The notes beneath the pieces are model-generated. The model ran no database searches, was not told the DNA's origin, and worked only from the letters and a program-made list of their open reading frames with translations. Shown here one piece after another: positions 31,498 to 45,522 of a stretch of DNA of 64,000 nt. A program made the position numbers and the translations under genes. The DNA is from an uncultured Alphaproteobacteria bacterium (lineage in GTDB: Bacteria > Pseudomonadota > Alphaproteobacteria > Rhizobiales > Beijerinckiaceae), in contig CAWAXL010000012.1 of assembly GCA_963785995.1 (NCBI GenBank), forward strand, positions 1,556-65,555. The letters run 5' to 3'. Position 1 is the stretch's first letter. Each line of letters begins with the position of its first letter.

Positions 31498-33449
31498 TCA
31501 CGGCGCGGGCTGGCCCATGGCATCGAGCAGAACCCGGGTCAGCCGCGCGGCAAAATGGGGGGCATCGGCCGGCTTTTCGCCTTCCATCACCCGTGCCTCG
31601 TCGAAAAGGAGCCAGATGACATCCTCGAATCTGTTCCTTGTCCGGCGCGCCAATGTTCGCGGCCAGGGCGCGAATCAGCGGATGACCGGGATTGATTTCG
31701 AGCACCGGCTTCGATGCCGCGCCGAGCCGGCCGCTCGCGGCCAGCATCCGTTCGAGCCGCCGGTCAGGCCCGCGATCGGATGCGACAAGGCAGGCGGGAC
31801 TTGCAGGACAGCGCTCGGACGCGCGGACGTCCTCGACGGAATTGCCCAAGACTTGCTTCATAAGGGCGTAGAGCGTCGCAAGACCGGCCGCCGGAGGCTC
31901 GGCCCCGGCCGCGTCCTCTTCCGGCTTCTCCTTAAGCGGAATCGATTTAATATCGGCCGCGCCCTGGGTCACCGATTTGAAAGGCTTGCCGTCAAAGCCA
32001 ACCGCCGTCGCCACCCAAAAGGCATCTACCGCGATCCGGCAGAAGCAAAACCTCGATCCCTCTGGCCCGGAACCCTTCAATCTGCGGACTGGCTGACAGC
32101 CGCGCCAAATCCTCGCCCAGAAGATAATAGATCGCCGTCTGGTTCGGTCTGCAGATCGGCAAGATAGTCCTTGAGGCTCCGGCCGCCGTCCGGATAAGGC
32201 GAGGTCGCAAACGGCGCCAGACCGAACAAAGCATCGCGCCTTTCGGGATCCTCGTAAAGTCCTTCCTTAAGAACGGCGCCGAAGTGCCCCCAGATCTTTG
32301 GCAAATTTTTCCTTGTCGCTTTCGGCGAGCTTGACCAATTCCTGAAGGACACGGTTCGTCACCGCTTTCTTGAATGGCCGCGAAAACCGGGCTTTCCTGA
32401 ATGGTTTCGCGGGAGACATTCAGCGGAAGATCGGCCGAATTGACGACAAGACGAACGAAGCGCAGCCATCTCGGCAAAATCTCGGCGTCGTCGGTGATCA
32501 GCACATGGCGGACATAAAGCTTTGCCCGGCCCGGCCGCGCGGGATCGAACAGATCGAACGGCCGCGACCCGGGCACAAAGGCCAGAACCGTGTATTCGTG
32601 GCGGCCCTTCCACATGCCAGTGCATTGTTAATGCAGGTTCATCAAAAACGCCCGCCAAGGCTTTGATAAAACTCCTTATAATCATGTTCAGTGATCGCAG
32701 CCTTCGGCTTGGTCCAGAGCGCCGCGCCATCGGTAAATCGGCGCGGCTCGCCGCCCTTTTTCTTCGACAAGTTCGATCGGCACCGCAAGCGCGCTCGAAT
32801 GCTCGCGCACGATTGCGCTCGATCCGGCCCTGTTTCGAGATAGTCCTTGGAGGCTTCGTTGAGGTGCAAGAACGACCCGCGTCCCTCGAACCGGAGCTTC
32901 CTCTTGCGCGAGCGGCTCGATCGAGAAACGTCCCCTTGCCGTCCGAGCTCCAATGCAACGCCTCGTTCGAGCCCGCCCGCCGGTGAAGACATCGACGCGG
33001 TCCGCCACCATGAAGGCCGAATAAAATCCAATCCCGAACTGGCCGATCAGATCGAGTTTTTCGGGTGTCTTCGCGCCGCTTCTCGGCCTTACCGCCGCCT
33101 CGCCACCTAAGTTCAGCCGATCGAGAAAAGCGCGGGTTCCCGAGCGCGCAATGGTGCCGAGATGATCGGTGAGGTCTTGATGCGACATGCCAATCCCATT
33201 GTCCTCGATCGTGAGGGTCTGGGCCTCCTTGTCGAGCAGAGATCCTGATTGCGAAAGGGGCCGGGGCCAGCGCCGGATCGGCGAGCGCTTCATAGCGCAA
33301 TTTTTCGCAGGCATCGGCGGCATTGGACAAGCAGCTCGCGCAAGAAAAATGTCTCGGTCGGAATAGACCGAATGCACCATCAGATGCAGCAATCTGGCGA
33401 CATCCGCTTGAAAAGCTTGACTGTGAACCGCGGTGTCCGGCATTTCCAT
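31498..33449 (-). CDS. htpG: Chaperone HtpG/Hsp90 (frameshifts)
   Basis: FQADVARLLHLMVHSVYS, SNAADA, DNGIGM, IGQFGIGFYSAFMV, DLPLNVSRE, LEINPGH. Confidence 0.95.
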
Positions 33450-33753
33450 GCGCCCCTACCCTTTAGGCAATTGAATTTCATGAGCTGACAGCGGCTGCGG
33501 CCGAATGGCAGCGGTCAGCGGGCTATTCGCGGCAAAATACGCAGCGCGGCTCTCGCTGCCCGGATATTGCGTCTGCCGCGCTGCGATGCAAGGCCTTTGG
33601 GAGGCTTTTTCAAGCAGATTTGGGCATTCCGAACCGATTTGCGCTCCAGTCTTGGCTCAACGGTGATGCGTCGCAAAATCGTCAAAAGAATGCTTGCCGT
33701 CTTCCCCTCTTCACGCGACGATAAAACTGCAGATAAAGCTGGAGGCGACAGCC

Positions 33754-34169
33754 ATGAGCGACACGGAGCCAGCCGAGGATAATCGAGCGAGGGGCCTCGC
33801 TGGAAAGCTGAAGGATGTCCTTGGACCTCCGCCGCCATGACAGTCGGGGGCATCTCAGGGCAGTGGGGAGAGATTATTTCCTTCGATCGAGAGGAGTTGC
33901 GCGCGATCTTCGACCTCTATGGCCGCAAGGTCAGCGACGGTGAATGGCGCGACTATGCGATCGACTTTTCCCCCCAAAAAGCGGTTTTTTCAATTTACCG
34001 GCGCGCTTGCGAATATGCTTTGTACCGAATCGAGAAGAACCCCCGCCTGGCCCGCAAACAGGGCACCTATTCTGTCGTCACTGCGACCGGCCTTATTCTT
34101 AAACGCGGCCAGGATCTCGGCCGGGTCATCGCAGCGCTCGACAAAAAGCTCAAGCTGGTATCGGGTTAA
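33754..34169 (+). CDS. DUF2794-family protein (probable frameshift near the start)
   Basis: FDREELRAIFDLYGRKVSDGEWRDYAIDF...YRIEK. Confidence 0.88.
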
Positions 34170-34276
34170 TGAGCTTTCTGAAAATTTCAGTACAAAGTAC
34201 TGTCTTTACGCGTAAAGCGCCAAGAATCTTCGGAATCCAGAACCGCCCCCCGAGGATCATTCAATAATCCGAAGCC

Positions 34277-35364
<1,088 letters not shown>

Positions 35365-35439
35365 ATTCGGGTCATTCATGCGAGTATTTGATCGGCTTTT
35401 GGCACGTGCGCGAACCGATGTCGAGGCGATACCGCCGCC

Positions 35440-35769
35440 TTAGCTCTTCTCACCCCTTGTGCATGCCGCAATCCAGTCAAGATAGGCCGGCGCACCATTT
35501 TCAATCGCGATTTCGATAATCTCGGGATTTTCGTAATTATGCGCCGCGCGAATGAGCGCTTCGACCTCGGTGTAGTCGACGGATTTGATTTTGCAAAACA
35601 ACATCAATTCCTGGGCGTTTTGGACCGCGCCATCCCACCGGAAAACGCTTTCGATCGCAAACATCTGGACACAGGCGGCAAGACGCTTTTCAACGAGGCT
35701 CTTGGCGACCAGCTGGGCGTTCGCTTTGTCGCCGCATGTGGTCATGACGAGGGCAAACGGGGTTGGCAT
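35440..35769 (-). CDS. cutA: Divalent-cation tolerance protein CutA
   Basis: LVEKRLAACVQ...SVFRWDG...HNYENPEII. Confidence 0.93.
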   Translation of the reverse strand: MPTPFALVMTTCGDKANAQLVAKSLVEKRLAACVQMFAIESVFRWDGAVQNAQELMLFCKIKSVDYTEVEALIRAAHNYENPEIIEIAIENGAPAYLDWIAACTRGEKS

Positions 35770-35817
35770 AAAGCAGAAGTCTCCCTCGCCGATACGCCGG
35801 GCCCGCAAGATTTGCGG

Positions 35818-37653
35818 CTATCGCGCGATCCTGGCCGTCGCAAAATATAACCAGGCGCGGACATCGGGGTCCACCAGCGGCGAAATTTCCCGACGCACCC
35901 GTGCGTGATAGGCGTTGAGCCAGGCAATTTCCTCATTGCCGAGGAGCTTTGGATCGACCAGCGCAAGATCGATCGGCGCCAGCGTGATCGTGTCGAAGCC
36001 CAACATCTCACGTTCGGCACCCGCGATCTCGCGCGGTTCAACGACGACCAGATTTTCGATTCTGATGCCCCAAAGCCCGGCATGATAATAGCCAGGTTCG
36101 TTAGAGAGGATCATGCCGGGTTCGAGCGTGGCGGACCCGAGCTTCGAAATCCGTTGCGGCCCTTCGTGGACCGACAGATAAGAGCCGACGCCATGGCCCG
36201 TGCCATGATCGAAATCGAGGCCAGCCTGCCAGAGCGCGACCCGCGCCAGGCAATCGATTTGCGCGCCCGACGTGCCCTTCGGAAAGACCGCGCGCGCGAT
36301 CGCGATATGTCCCTTGAGAACCCGTGTGAATCTGTCGCGCATCGCGGCCGTCGGCTTGCCGACCGCAATGGTGCGCGTGATATCGGTCGTGCCGTCTTCA
36401 TATTGGCCGCCGGAGTCGATCAGAAATATGCCTTTGCGGATTCTCGCGTTGCGTTTTGACGGTTACACGGTAATGCGGAATGGCGGCATTGGCGCCGGCA
36501 GCCGCAATCGAAGGAAACGAGACGTCCTTCAGCTTGCGGGTGTCGCGCCGGAAGGCTTCGAGCGCTTGCGCGGCATCGATTTCGGTAAGTTTGCCGGCCG
36601 GTGCATGAACCGAAAACCAGTGCAGAAAACCGGCCATCGCGACGCCGTCGCGCAGTTGCGCCTTGCGGGCACCTTTGAGTTCGGTCGCGTTCTTGCGCGC
36701 CTTCATCAAGGCGATCGGATCGGACCCGATGTCGGGGACACCCCCCGCCTCCTTCAAGACCGGAACGAGTTTGGCTGGCGCCGTCGCGGAATTGAATAGG
36801 ACCTTCCGTTTTTGCTTGGCCGAGCGCTTGGAGATCGCCCGACGAGACGTTCCGGCGTTTCGATATCGGCAAGAGCGCCGCAGAGCTTCCCTTACGGAAT
36901 TGTCGAGCTTACGCGCATCGATGTAGAGACGCGGCTTGCGTTTTCTTCGAGATCAAGGCGTAAGCCAGTGGCAGCGGCGTATGCGCCACATCCTGGCCGC
37001 GTATGTTGAAGACCCAGGCGACCGCATGCGGATCGCTGACCAGCAAGCGCATCGTTGGCCGCCAGCGCGGCGGTGACACGGGTGAGCTTTCTTGGCCGTA
37101 TCTTCGCCGGCGAATTTGCGTGGATGCAAACTGATCTTGCCGAGCGGCGGCGCCGGGCGGTCCGTCCAGATCGCATCGATGGGGTTTGGTTCGACGGCTA
37201 CGAGTTCGGCCCCGGCGGCGTCCGCAGACTTGGCAAGCCGCTCAATTTGGCGCGGTGTATGCAGCCACGGATCGTAACCGAGTTTCGCGCCCGAGGTGAG
37301 ATTGGCTTCGAGCCATCGCTCAGGGCTACCGTCCGGCCGAGCCTCGAGGGGTTCGAAGATGCGCAAGATCGACTTGCTCCCTGACAGCCAAGCTATAGCG
37401 GCCGTCGACGAAGATGGCTGCGCGATTCTTAAGTACGATCGCGAGCCCCGGCCGAACCGGTGAAGCCCGAAAGCCACGCGAGCCGTTCCTCGCAGGGGGC
37501 GACATATTCGCTCTGGTGTTGATCCGCGCGGGGAACGACAAAACCATCGAGCCCGAGGCGCGCGAGTTCGCCGCCGCAACGCCGCAATTCGCGGTTCACC
37601 TTGCGAGGGATCTGGCGTGATCTTCGAACGATTGATAGATGGCTTTCGAACAT
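35818..37653 (-). CDS. Xaa-Pro aminopeptidase (M24B; frameshifts)
   Basis: PRADQHQSEYV, SGFTGSAG, FVDGRY, HGTGHGVGSYLSVHEGPQ, SNEPGYY. Confidence 0.93.
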
Positions 37654-37662
37654 TTTGGCAGA

Positions 37663-37700
37663 CTAGAACAGGATCCGCCAAAGTGGAAACCGGTTTCGCG
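37663..37700. repeat. Partial, degenerate copy of the RIME-like repeat
   Basis: CTAGAACAGGATCCGCCAAAGTGGAAACCGGTTT resembles the start of 28458-28577. Confidence 0.6.
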
Positions 37701-37769
37701 AAATAAAGTTTTCGACCGCGCTGCCAAGCGCAACGGGCCAAAGCGGCACCAAATCCTGGCAAGCTTCGT

Positions 37770-38240
37770 TTATCCCGGAGCGTTTTCCTGACCATCGTCG
37801 AGACGATGGTTGGGCGCCGACCTCGCAGTCCAACGCGGCCCGAGATCGCGGATTTCGGCCTCCAGGCATTCAACCTCGAGCCTGATTGCGCGGCCGGCGG
37901 AAAAAATAAATTCCACCACGCCCGCTGGCGGGTCGGCTGGGGTGAACCGAATGCTCAAGAGATTGAGGATAAGCGCCTTGTCCCCATGATGGAACCCACG
38001 GCACGAGACTTTGAGAACCCGTCCGAAATGCAGGCCGGTGTGGCAACGCTCGCAGGAGGGCAACCCCGGCGTTTTCTGTGCCGCCCTCACCCAATCGAAC
38101 CTCGCCGCGATCAAAGCGAATTTTTTCAAGTTCGGCAGATAGGCGATGTCGCCGACACGCACCAACGCATCCTGAAGATTGGCCGAGATCACCGCGAGAT
38201 CCTCGGCATCGAAAGCAATCAATGGAGGAAGGTCCGGCAT
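37770..38240 (-). CDS. DUF2948-family protein
   Basis: LIAFDAEDLAVISANLQDA...RFDW...IRLEVECLE...DLGPRW. Confidence 0.9.
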   Translation of the reverse strand: MPDLPPLIAFDAEDLAVISANLQDALVRVGDIAYLPNLKKFALIAARFDWVRAAQKTPGLPSCERCHTGLHFGRVLKVSCRGFHHGDKALILNLLSIRFTPADPPAGVVEFIFSAGRAIRLEVECLEAEIRDLGPRWTARSAPNHRLDDGQENAPG

Positions 38241-38616
38241 CGTAACCTCTTGCACGTTCGACGATCCTAAAAAGGCGACACAAATATCCATATAGTGTCG
38301 GAGCATCTAACATGTCATGGCACAACAGATAAGCTAAAGGTAGGTTTATCTTCTCCGCCTATGCCGTACGCCGTCCGGCATCCGCGAGCCGGGCAATTTG
38401 CCGGCTGTTCGTCGCCTCTCGCCCTCCTCCGATCGATGAGCGGCGGCTTCAGGAACAGGCTCGCCGGTCACTGTGCGCATGCAAAAAATTGTCGCAATGC
38501 GGGGATTACGCCATAAATACATGGCAAACTCCCCCTCAAGCCCGCTAATTGTAGGCAGCTTGCGTCCGAAAAACGGGCCTCAAGGCGCCGTGAAACACCC
38601 AATTCAGATTGGATCA

Positions 38617-41592
38617 ATGAAGACACCAAAGCCGTCCGCAGGCGCCGCGTCGCGCGGAAAATCGCGGAAAACTCTGCCGCCCGAGAAGCCTTCCGAAAAG
38701 CTGTTCGAAGGGCGCGCAATCGTGATTCGGGGCGCGCGCGAGCATAATCTGAAAAATATCGATCTGACCATTCCGCGCGACAAGCTCGTCGTCTTCACCG
38801 GCCTCTCCGGCTCCGGCAAGTCCTCGCTCGCCTTCGACACGATCTACGCCGAAGGCCAGCGCCGCTATGTCGAATTGCTGTCGGCCTATGCGCGCCAATT
38901 CCTCGAAATGATGCAAAAGCCGGATGTCGATCAGATCGATGGCCTGTCGCCGGCGATCTCGATCGAGCAAAAGACGACCTCCAAGAATCCGCGCTCGACG
39001 GTCGGCACCGTCACCGAGATTTATGATTACATGCGGCTTCTGTTCGCCCGCGTCGGGATCCCCTATTCGCCTGCAACGGGCTTGCCGATCGAAAGCCAGA
39101 CCGTGAGCCAGATGGTCGACCGTGTGATCGCCTTGCCGGAGCGCACACGGCTCTATTTGATCGCGCCGGTCATTCGCGGCCGCAAGGGGGAATATCGCAA
39201 GGAAATCGCCGACTTCATGAAGCGCGGCTTTCAGCGCCTGAAAATCGACGGCGCAGTTTTATGAAATCGCCGACGCGCCGGTCCTCGACAAAAAGCTCAA
39301 GCACGACATCGACGTCGTCGTCGACCGGATCGCCGTGCGGTCCGACATTGAGGCGAGGCTGTCGGAAAGTTTCGAGACCGCGCTTGAACTCGCCGATGGC
39401 ATCGCGATCGTCGAATACGCCGACGAGACGGATGAACAACGGCGCGCCCAAGCGGATTGTCTTTTCGTCGAAATTCGCTTGCCCGGTCTCCGGCTTCACG
39501 ATTCCGGAAATCGAACCGCGCCTGTTTTCCTTCAACAATCCATTCGGCGCCTGCCCGCATTGCGGCGGGCTCGGCGTCGAGCAGACGGTCGATCCGGAAC
39601 TGATTGTCCCAGATCCCGAAGCTCACCTTGCGCAAAGGCGCGATCGCGCCCTGGGCCCGCTCAAGTTCGCCCTATTATCTGCAGACGCTCGAAGCGCTCG
39701 CCAAGCATTTCAAATTCCGGCTCGACACGCGTTTCGACACGCCTGCCGCAAAAAGCCCGCGACATGATCCTTTATGGCTCGGGCGAGGAGGCCGTACGCT
39801 TTTCCTACGACGACGGTTTGCGCTCTTACGATGTCGTGAAGCCCTTTGAAGGCGTCATCTCCAATCTCGAACGGCGATTTCGCGAGACCGAAAGCGAATG
39901 GGCGCGCGAGGACATCGCCCGCTATATGACGGCGACGCCTTGCAGCGTCTGCGACGGCACATCGGCTGCGTCCCGAGGCCCTCGCGGTCAAGATCGAGGG
40001 GTGCCATATCAGTCAATTGACCGCGCTTTCGGTGCGCGCCGCGCAAGACTGGTTCGACGCGCTGCCAGCAAAGCTCGATCCGAAACGAAACGAGATCGCC
40101 AAGCGCATCTTGAAGGAGATTTCCGAAAGGCTGTCGTTTCTTGTCGATGTCGGCCTTGACTATCTCACGCTTGCCCGCGCTTCGGGCACGCTGTCCGGCG
40201 GCGAGAGCCAGCGCATCCGGCTCGCCTCGCAGATCGGATCCGGCCTGACCGGGGTGCTCTATGTGCTGGACGAACCCTCGATCGGCCTGCATCAGCGCGA
40301 CAATGCACGGCTTCTCGAGACTTTGCGGCGGCTGCGCGATCTCGGCAATACGGTGATTGTCGTCGAGCATGATGAAGACGCGATCCTCGCGGCCGATTAT
40401 GTCGTCGATGTCGGCCCAGGCGCTGGCATTCACGGCGGCGAAATCGTCGCGCAAGGCACGCCGGCCGAAATCATGGCGGACAAGAATTCGCTCACCGGCC
40501 AGTATCTGACCGGCGCACGCGAGGTCGCGAGCTTCGGCCGGCGCCGCACGCCGGACCCGGCCGCAAGCTCGAAGTCGTCAACGCGCAGGGCAACAATCTC
40601 AAAAATATCTCGGCCACCATCCCGCTCGGGCTTTTCACTTGCGTCACCGGCGTGTCCGGGCGGCGGCAAATCGACTCTCATCATCGATACGCTCTACAAA
40701 GCGGCGGCGCGGCGGCTCAATGGCGCGCTCGAACATCCGGCGCCGCACACGCGTGTCGATGGCCTCGAACATCTCGACAAGGTGATCGACATCGACCAAT
40801 CGCCGATCGGCCGCACGCCGCGCTCGAATCCGGCGACCTACACCGGCGCTTTCACGCCGATCCGCGAATGGTTTGCGGGCCTACCGGAAGCCAAAGCGCG
40901 CGGCTATCAGCCGGGACGGTTCTCCTTCAACGTCAAGGGCGGACGCTGTGAGGCCTGCCAGGGCGACGGCGTGATCAAGATCGAGATGCACTTTCTGCCG
41001 GACGTCTATGTCACCTGCGACGTCTGCAAGGGCAAGCGCTATGACCGCGAAACCTTGGAGGTGAAATATCGCGGCAAATCGATCGCCGATGTGCTCGACA
41101 TGACGGTCGAGGAAGCAGCCAGTCTCTTCAAGGCGGTGCCCTCCATCCGCGAAAAAATGGAGACGCTCGCGCGCGTCGGTCTCGGTTATGTCAAGGTCGG
41201 CCAGCAGGCCAATACGCTGTCGGGCGGCGAGGCGCAGCGGGTCAAGCTCGCCAAGGAGCTTTCCAGGCGCTCGACCGGCCGCACGCTCTATATTCTCGAC
41301 GAGCCGACCACGGGATTGCATTTCCACGATGTCGCAAAACTCCTCGAGGTGCTGCATCGAGCTGGTCGATCAGGGCAATACGGTCATTGTGATCGAGCAC
41401 AATCTCGAAGTCGTCAAAACGGCCGATTGGATCATCGACCTTGGTCCCGAAGGCGGTGATGGCGGCGGCGAGATCGTCGCAGCGGGCCCCCCCGAGGACA
41501 TCGCCAAGGATAAGAAAAGCTACACGGGCCACTATTTACGCGCGGTTCTAGAGCGCCGCCCGACAGGCAAGGCCAAGGCGGCCGCGGAGTGA
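38617..41592 (+). CDS. uvrA: Excinuclease ABC subunit A (frameshifts)
   Basis: [54 protein letters not shown]. Confidence 0.97.
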
Positions 41593-42060
41593 GCCTTGCG
41601 CGGCAATCCTGAATGCACCGCCTATGCTGCGGCGCGTCACACTCCTAATGCGGGTTTTAGCCATGCATAAAATGCATATCAGCCCCGGTATTTCTGGGCT
41701 TGAACCCGGTTCCTAATTAGGTATCTTTTGCATTGCAACATGAGTGATAGCTCAGACCTGCCAGTTGGGTTGCTTGGTTTCGGCGGGAGCCAGCAAATGG
41801 GGTGCGGCAATATTGTTGCCAAACCTATGGCGGATCAAACGAGGACCACTCGTTATATCAGTCGAACCTAGAAGACGGTTGGGTTCTTCTGAAGACAAGC
41901 TCGGTCATGGTCACAGTTACGTTAATGCTCGGTCACAGTTAAGACTTTGTTAGAGGCAAGATTTGGCTGCAGGCAGGACTTGGTTAAAGTTCTCAGCCAG
42001 TCTTTGAAAGTCGAATGCGCCGTTGAGGCTCTGGCCGCACTTAAGCCCCCTCTTCGGTCA

Positions 42061-42100
42061 GAAGCGCCCGCCGATCCTCCCCGGCGGGCGCTTTCTTTTT
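42061..42100 (+). terminator. Rho-independent terminator with anti-SD-like loop, upstream of trmFO
   Basis: AAGCGCCCGCCG-ATCCTCCC-CGGCGGGCGCTT-TCTTTTT. Confidence 0.75.
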
Positions 42101-42177
42101 GAGCCTCCCCCAGCGCGGACTTGCATTCTGGGGCGACTCTTTTCCCCACGAAGCGAAATTGCCTTAAACTCGGGGAC

Positions 42178-43617
42178 ATGACCCAACCAGAGCGTTGTTC
42201 ATCTCCCTTGCAGCCGATCCATGTGGTCGGCGGCGGCCTTGCGGGCAGCGAGGCTGCTTGGCAAATCGCGCGGCAAGGGGTTCCCGTGCTGCTGCACGAA
42301 ATGCGCCCGACACGAAAAACCGCCGCGCATCATACGGAGGACCTCGCCGAACTCGTCTGTTCCAATTCTTTCCGCGCCGATGACCCCCAAACCAGCGCCA
42401 TCGGCATTCTGCATCGGGAAATGCGCTGCCTCGATTCCCTAATTCTGACCGCCGCCGACCTCCACAAATTGCCCGCAGGCGGAGCACTCGCCGTCGACCG
42501 AAGCCAATTTGCCGCGCATGTCACGCGCATGATCTGCAGCCATCCCCTCGTTACAGTGGTCCGTGAAGAGATCTCGGGTTTGCCGCCGGAGGACTGGGAC
42601 AATGTGATCATCGCGACGGGTCCCCTGACGTCGCCTTCCCTGGCGGCCGGACTGGGTGCACTGACCGGTGAGCGCGATCTCGCCTTTTTCGATGCGATCG
42701 CGCCAGTCGTGCATCGCTGGTCGATCGACATGGAGAAAGCCTGGTTTCAGTCGCGTTACGACAAAACGGGTCCGGCCGGAACCGGCGCCGATTACATCAA
42801 TTGCCCGCTGACGAGGGACGAATATTACATCTTCGTGGACAGGCTCCTGGAAGCGGAGAAGGCCACGGCTCACGAGCTTCCTCAAGAGGCGAAGGACACC
42901 CCTTACTTCAATGGGTGTCTGCCTATTGAAATTATGGCGGAGCGCGGCCGTGAAACTCTGCGGCATGGCCCAATGAAGCCTTTCGGTCTGACCAATCCGC
43001 ATGCGGGCACGACAAAACCCTATGCGGTCGTGCAGCTCCGCCAGGATAATATGCTCGGCACGCTCTATAATATCGTGGGCTTCCAGACCAAGATGAAACA
43101 TCACGCGCAGGTTGAAATTTTCCGCGCAATCCCAGGTCTGGAAAAGGCAAGTTTCGCCCGCCTCGGCGGGATGCATCGAAACACTTTTTTGAACTCGCCC
43201 AAATTGCTTGATCCCGCCTTGCGGCTCAAGGCCGATCCGAGACTCCGCTTCGCCGGCCAGATCACCGGCTGCGAGGGCTATGTCGAGAGTGCCGCGATCG
43301 GCCTCGCGGCGGGCCGCATGGCCGCCGCGGAGCGAAAAGGAGAAGCATTCCTCCCTCTGCCGTCGTCCACGGCTTTAGGCGCGCTGATCAACCACATTAC
43401 CGGCGGACATGTTGAATCCATCGACGCCGGACCGCCCTCTTTTCAGCCCATGAACATCAATTTCGGGCTGTTTCCACCGCTGGACGAGTCCCCTTCGGTC
43501 GGCAAGAAACTGCGGGGCGCGGAAAAAGGCAACGCCCGCAAGGCGGCGATCAGCTTGCGGGCGCAACACGACTTGGAGGACTGGCTCGGGACGCGTGCGA
43601 AACACGCGGCCGAATGA
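42178..43617 (+). CDS. trmFO: tRNA (uracil-54) methyltransferase TrmFO
   Basis: [54 protein letters not shown]. Confidence 0.97.
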   Translation: MTQPERCSSPLQPIHVVGGGLAGSEAAWQIARQGVPVLLHEMRPTRKTAAHHTEDLAELVCSNSFRADDPQTSAIGILHREMRCLDSLILTAADLHKLPAGGALAVDRSQFAAHVTRMICSHPLVTVVREEISGLPPEDWDNVIIATGPLTSPSLAAGLGALTGERDLAFFDAIAPVVHRWSIDMEKAWFQSRYDKTGPAGTGADYINCPLTRDEYYIFVDRLLEAEKATAHELPQEAKDTPYFNGCLPIEIMAERGRETLRHGPMKPFGLTNPHAGTTKPYAVVQLRQDNMLGTLYNIVGFQTKMKHHAQVEIFRAIPGLEKASFARLGGMHRNTFLNSPKLLDPALRLKADPRLRFAGQITGCEGYVESAAIGLAAGRMAAAERKGEAFLPLPSSTALGALINHITGGHVESIDAGPPSFQPMNINFGLFPPLDESPSVGKKLRGAEKGNARKAAISLRAQHDLEDWLGTRAKHAAE

Positions 43618-43650
43618 GGTTTGGGCAGTCCTCTTTGACAACCGGCACGC

Positions 43651-43824
43651 CTAAAGGATCGCCTCGCCGGCCATGAGGCCGAGCACAAGAAAGATGATAA
43701 ACACGACGACGAAAATGAAAAACAGAATGCGAGCAATGCCGCCCGCCGCCGCTGAAATGCCGGTGAATCGAAAAAGCCCAGCAACAACGGAAATGATAAA
43801 GAAGATAAGCGCCCATTTCAGCAT
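43651..43824 (-). CDS. DUF1328-family small membrane protein (one frameshift)
   Basis: Manual translation [41 protein letters not shown]. Confidence 0.8.
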   Translation of the reverse strand: MLKWALIFFIISVVAGLFRFTGISAAAGGIARILFFIFVVVFIIFLVLGLMAGEAIL

Positions 43825-43909
43825 TGATCTGTCCCCGTAAATTCGTGGGCCGTGCGACCCAATGCATAGAATTCAAAACGGGCGCGAATGTTCCATCGGC
43901 TGATCTTTA

Positions 43910-44935
43910 TCATAATCCCGCTTGAAAAACCGACCCGAGGAAATGCTGCGCCGCAAGACCCGCGAACAGAAGAAGCCCGGCGTCGCGGTTCGAACGAAAC
44001 AGACGCAGCGCGCTTATCTCGTCCGCGGCATCGATCCGGCTCACCTGCCAGGCGAGATGCAAGGCAAACAGCAATAGACCCGCCTGCGCGAATATACCCG
44101 CACCAACGGCGAGGAACGCTGCTTCGACACATAAAACCGAAAGCACATAGAGGACCGCTACCCCGCCGCGGACCCGGTTTCCGAAAAACAGCGCGGTCGA
44201 GCCGATCCCTACGACAGCGTCATCCTCGACATCCTGCACCGCGTAGATCGTGTCGTAGCCAATCGTCCAGAACACTGCGCCAAGATAGAGCGCGATGGGA
44301 GCAGGCGCGAGGGAACCCAAAGCGGCCGCCCATCCAACCAGGCCGCCCCAGGCAAAGGCCGCGCCGAGGACCGCCTGCGGCCAGGAACTGAACCGCTTCA
44401 CGAAAGGATAGAGGCAAACGATCCCGAGCGAAGCAAATCCCAGCCAGATCGTGAAGCCGTTGAAACTCAGAAGGACGCAAAGTCCCACAAGACATTGCGC
44501 GGCAAGAAACAGGAGCGCCGCCCTGACGCCGATACGTCCAGACGGGATCGGACGCGATTTTGTCCGCTCGACCTGCTCATCGATTTTCCGATCGACAATG
44601 TCATTATAGGTCGAGCCCGCGCCCCGCATGGCGACCGCTCCGACAAAAAAAAGCAGAAGATCGCGACCATGCAACGGTTGGCCATAGGCGATGCTGGCGA
44701 GCGCGCTCGACCACCAGCACGGCAACAGCAACAGCCACCAACCGATCGGCCGATCGAGGCGCGCGAGCTGAAGCAACGGATGCCAGGATTTTGGGGCGAT
44801 CTTGAAGAGAATCTGATTGCCGACGGAATCCGGAAGACCCTGCGCCGGCGGACTTGCCGACAAATCAGCCGAGCCTGCCGCTATGGATCGAACGCCTGGG
44901 TCCGGTGCCGGAGATCCGGACCGGTTTTCGCTCAC
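43910..44935 (-). CDS. ubiA: 4-hydroxybenzoate polyprenyltransferase
   Basis: RLDRPIGWWLL, NDIVDRKIDEQVERTKSRP, YDTIYAVQD. Confidence 0.95.
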   Translation of the reverse strand: MSENRSGSPAPDPGVRSIAAGSADLSASPPAQGLPDSVGNQILFKIAPKSWHPLLQLARLDRPIGWWLLLLPCWWSSALASIAYGQPLHGRDLLLFFVGAVAMRGAGSTYNDIVDRKIDEQVERTKSRPIPSGRIGVRAALLFLAAQCLVGLCVLLSFNGFTIWLGFASLGIVCLYPFVKRFSSWPQAVLGAAFAWGGLVGWAAALGSLAPAPIALYLGAVFWTIGYDTIYAVQDVEDDAVVGIGSTALFFGNRVRGGVAVLYVLSVLCVEAAFLAVGAGIFAQAGLLLFALHLAWQVSRIDAADEISALRLFRSNRDAGLLLFAGLAAQHFLGSVFQAGL

Positions 44936-45375
44936 AGGGGGCCGGCGGGCAGCTTTGTTTGCGGCGCGTTTAGCGCTCCAGCCTGCTGCTGCTGGGCTTT
45001 TTTCATCTGCGCCGCGACCGTGCAGGCCTGGTTGGCGACCTGACCTGATTTGCTGGTGCTGGACGAGATGTTTTGGAAGACTTCATCGGGAACCGCGCAC
45101 CAATCCTTGTTCTTGGTGAGATAGGCGATCAGTTCATGCTCGGCCGCAACAAGCGAGCGTAGCTTGGGACAGGAAGCGATCGGATCGAGCTGGCCTTTGC
45201 CATTCTTGGCGAGCTGGTTGAGCTGATCGATAATGCTCTGGCGCTTCTTGGTCAGAGTTCCGATATCCTGATTGCAATCGAGCGCAAATGCCGCGCCGCC
45301 AACCACCAAAGGGGACAAGGCCGCGAAAGCAACCATGGCTTTACGCGCGTCGTGGATGAGCCTATGTGCCATCAT
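44932..45375 (-). CDS. Secreted hypothetical protein with four Cys
   Basis: Signal peptide ending AFA; 4-bp overlap with the ubiA start. Confidence 0.75.
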   Translation of the reverse strand: MMAHRLIHDARKAMVAFAALSPLVVGGAAFALDCNQDIGTLTKKRQSIIDQLNQLAKNGKGQLDPIASCPKLRSLVAAEHELIAYLTKNKDWCAVPDEVFQNISSSTSKSGQVANQACTVAAQMKKAQQQQAGALNAPQTKLPAGPL

Positions 45376-45522
45376 GATGCGAGCCTTTCATTGGCGTTTC
45401 GATGTTCCATTTCGGTTTTCTTAACCAACACAACATGTTTCGCGCCGAAAACTTTCGGGCGGAGGCGAGCATAACTCGCGCGAGCGAACTCAAGAATTTC
45501 CCTGCCCGTTTTTGGTGGCCGT

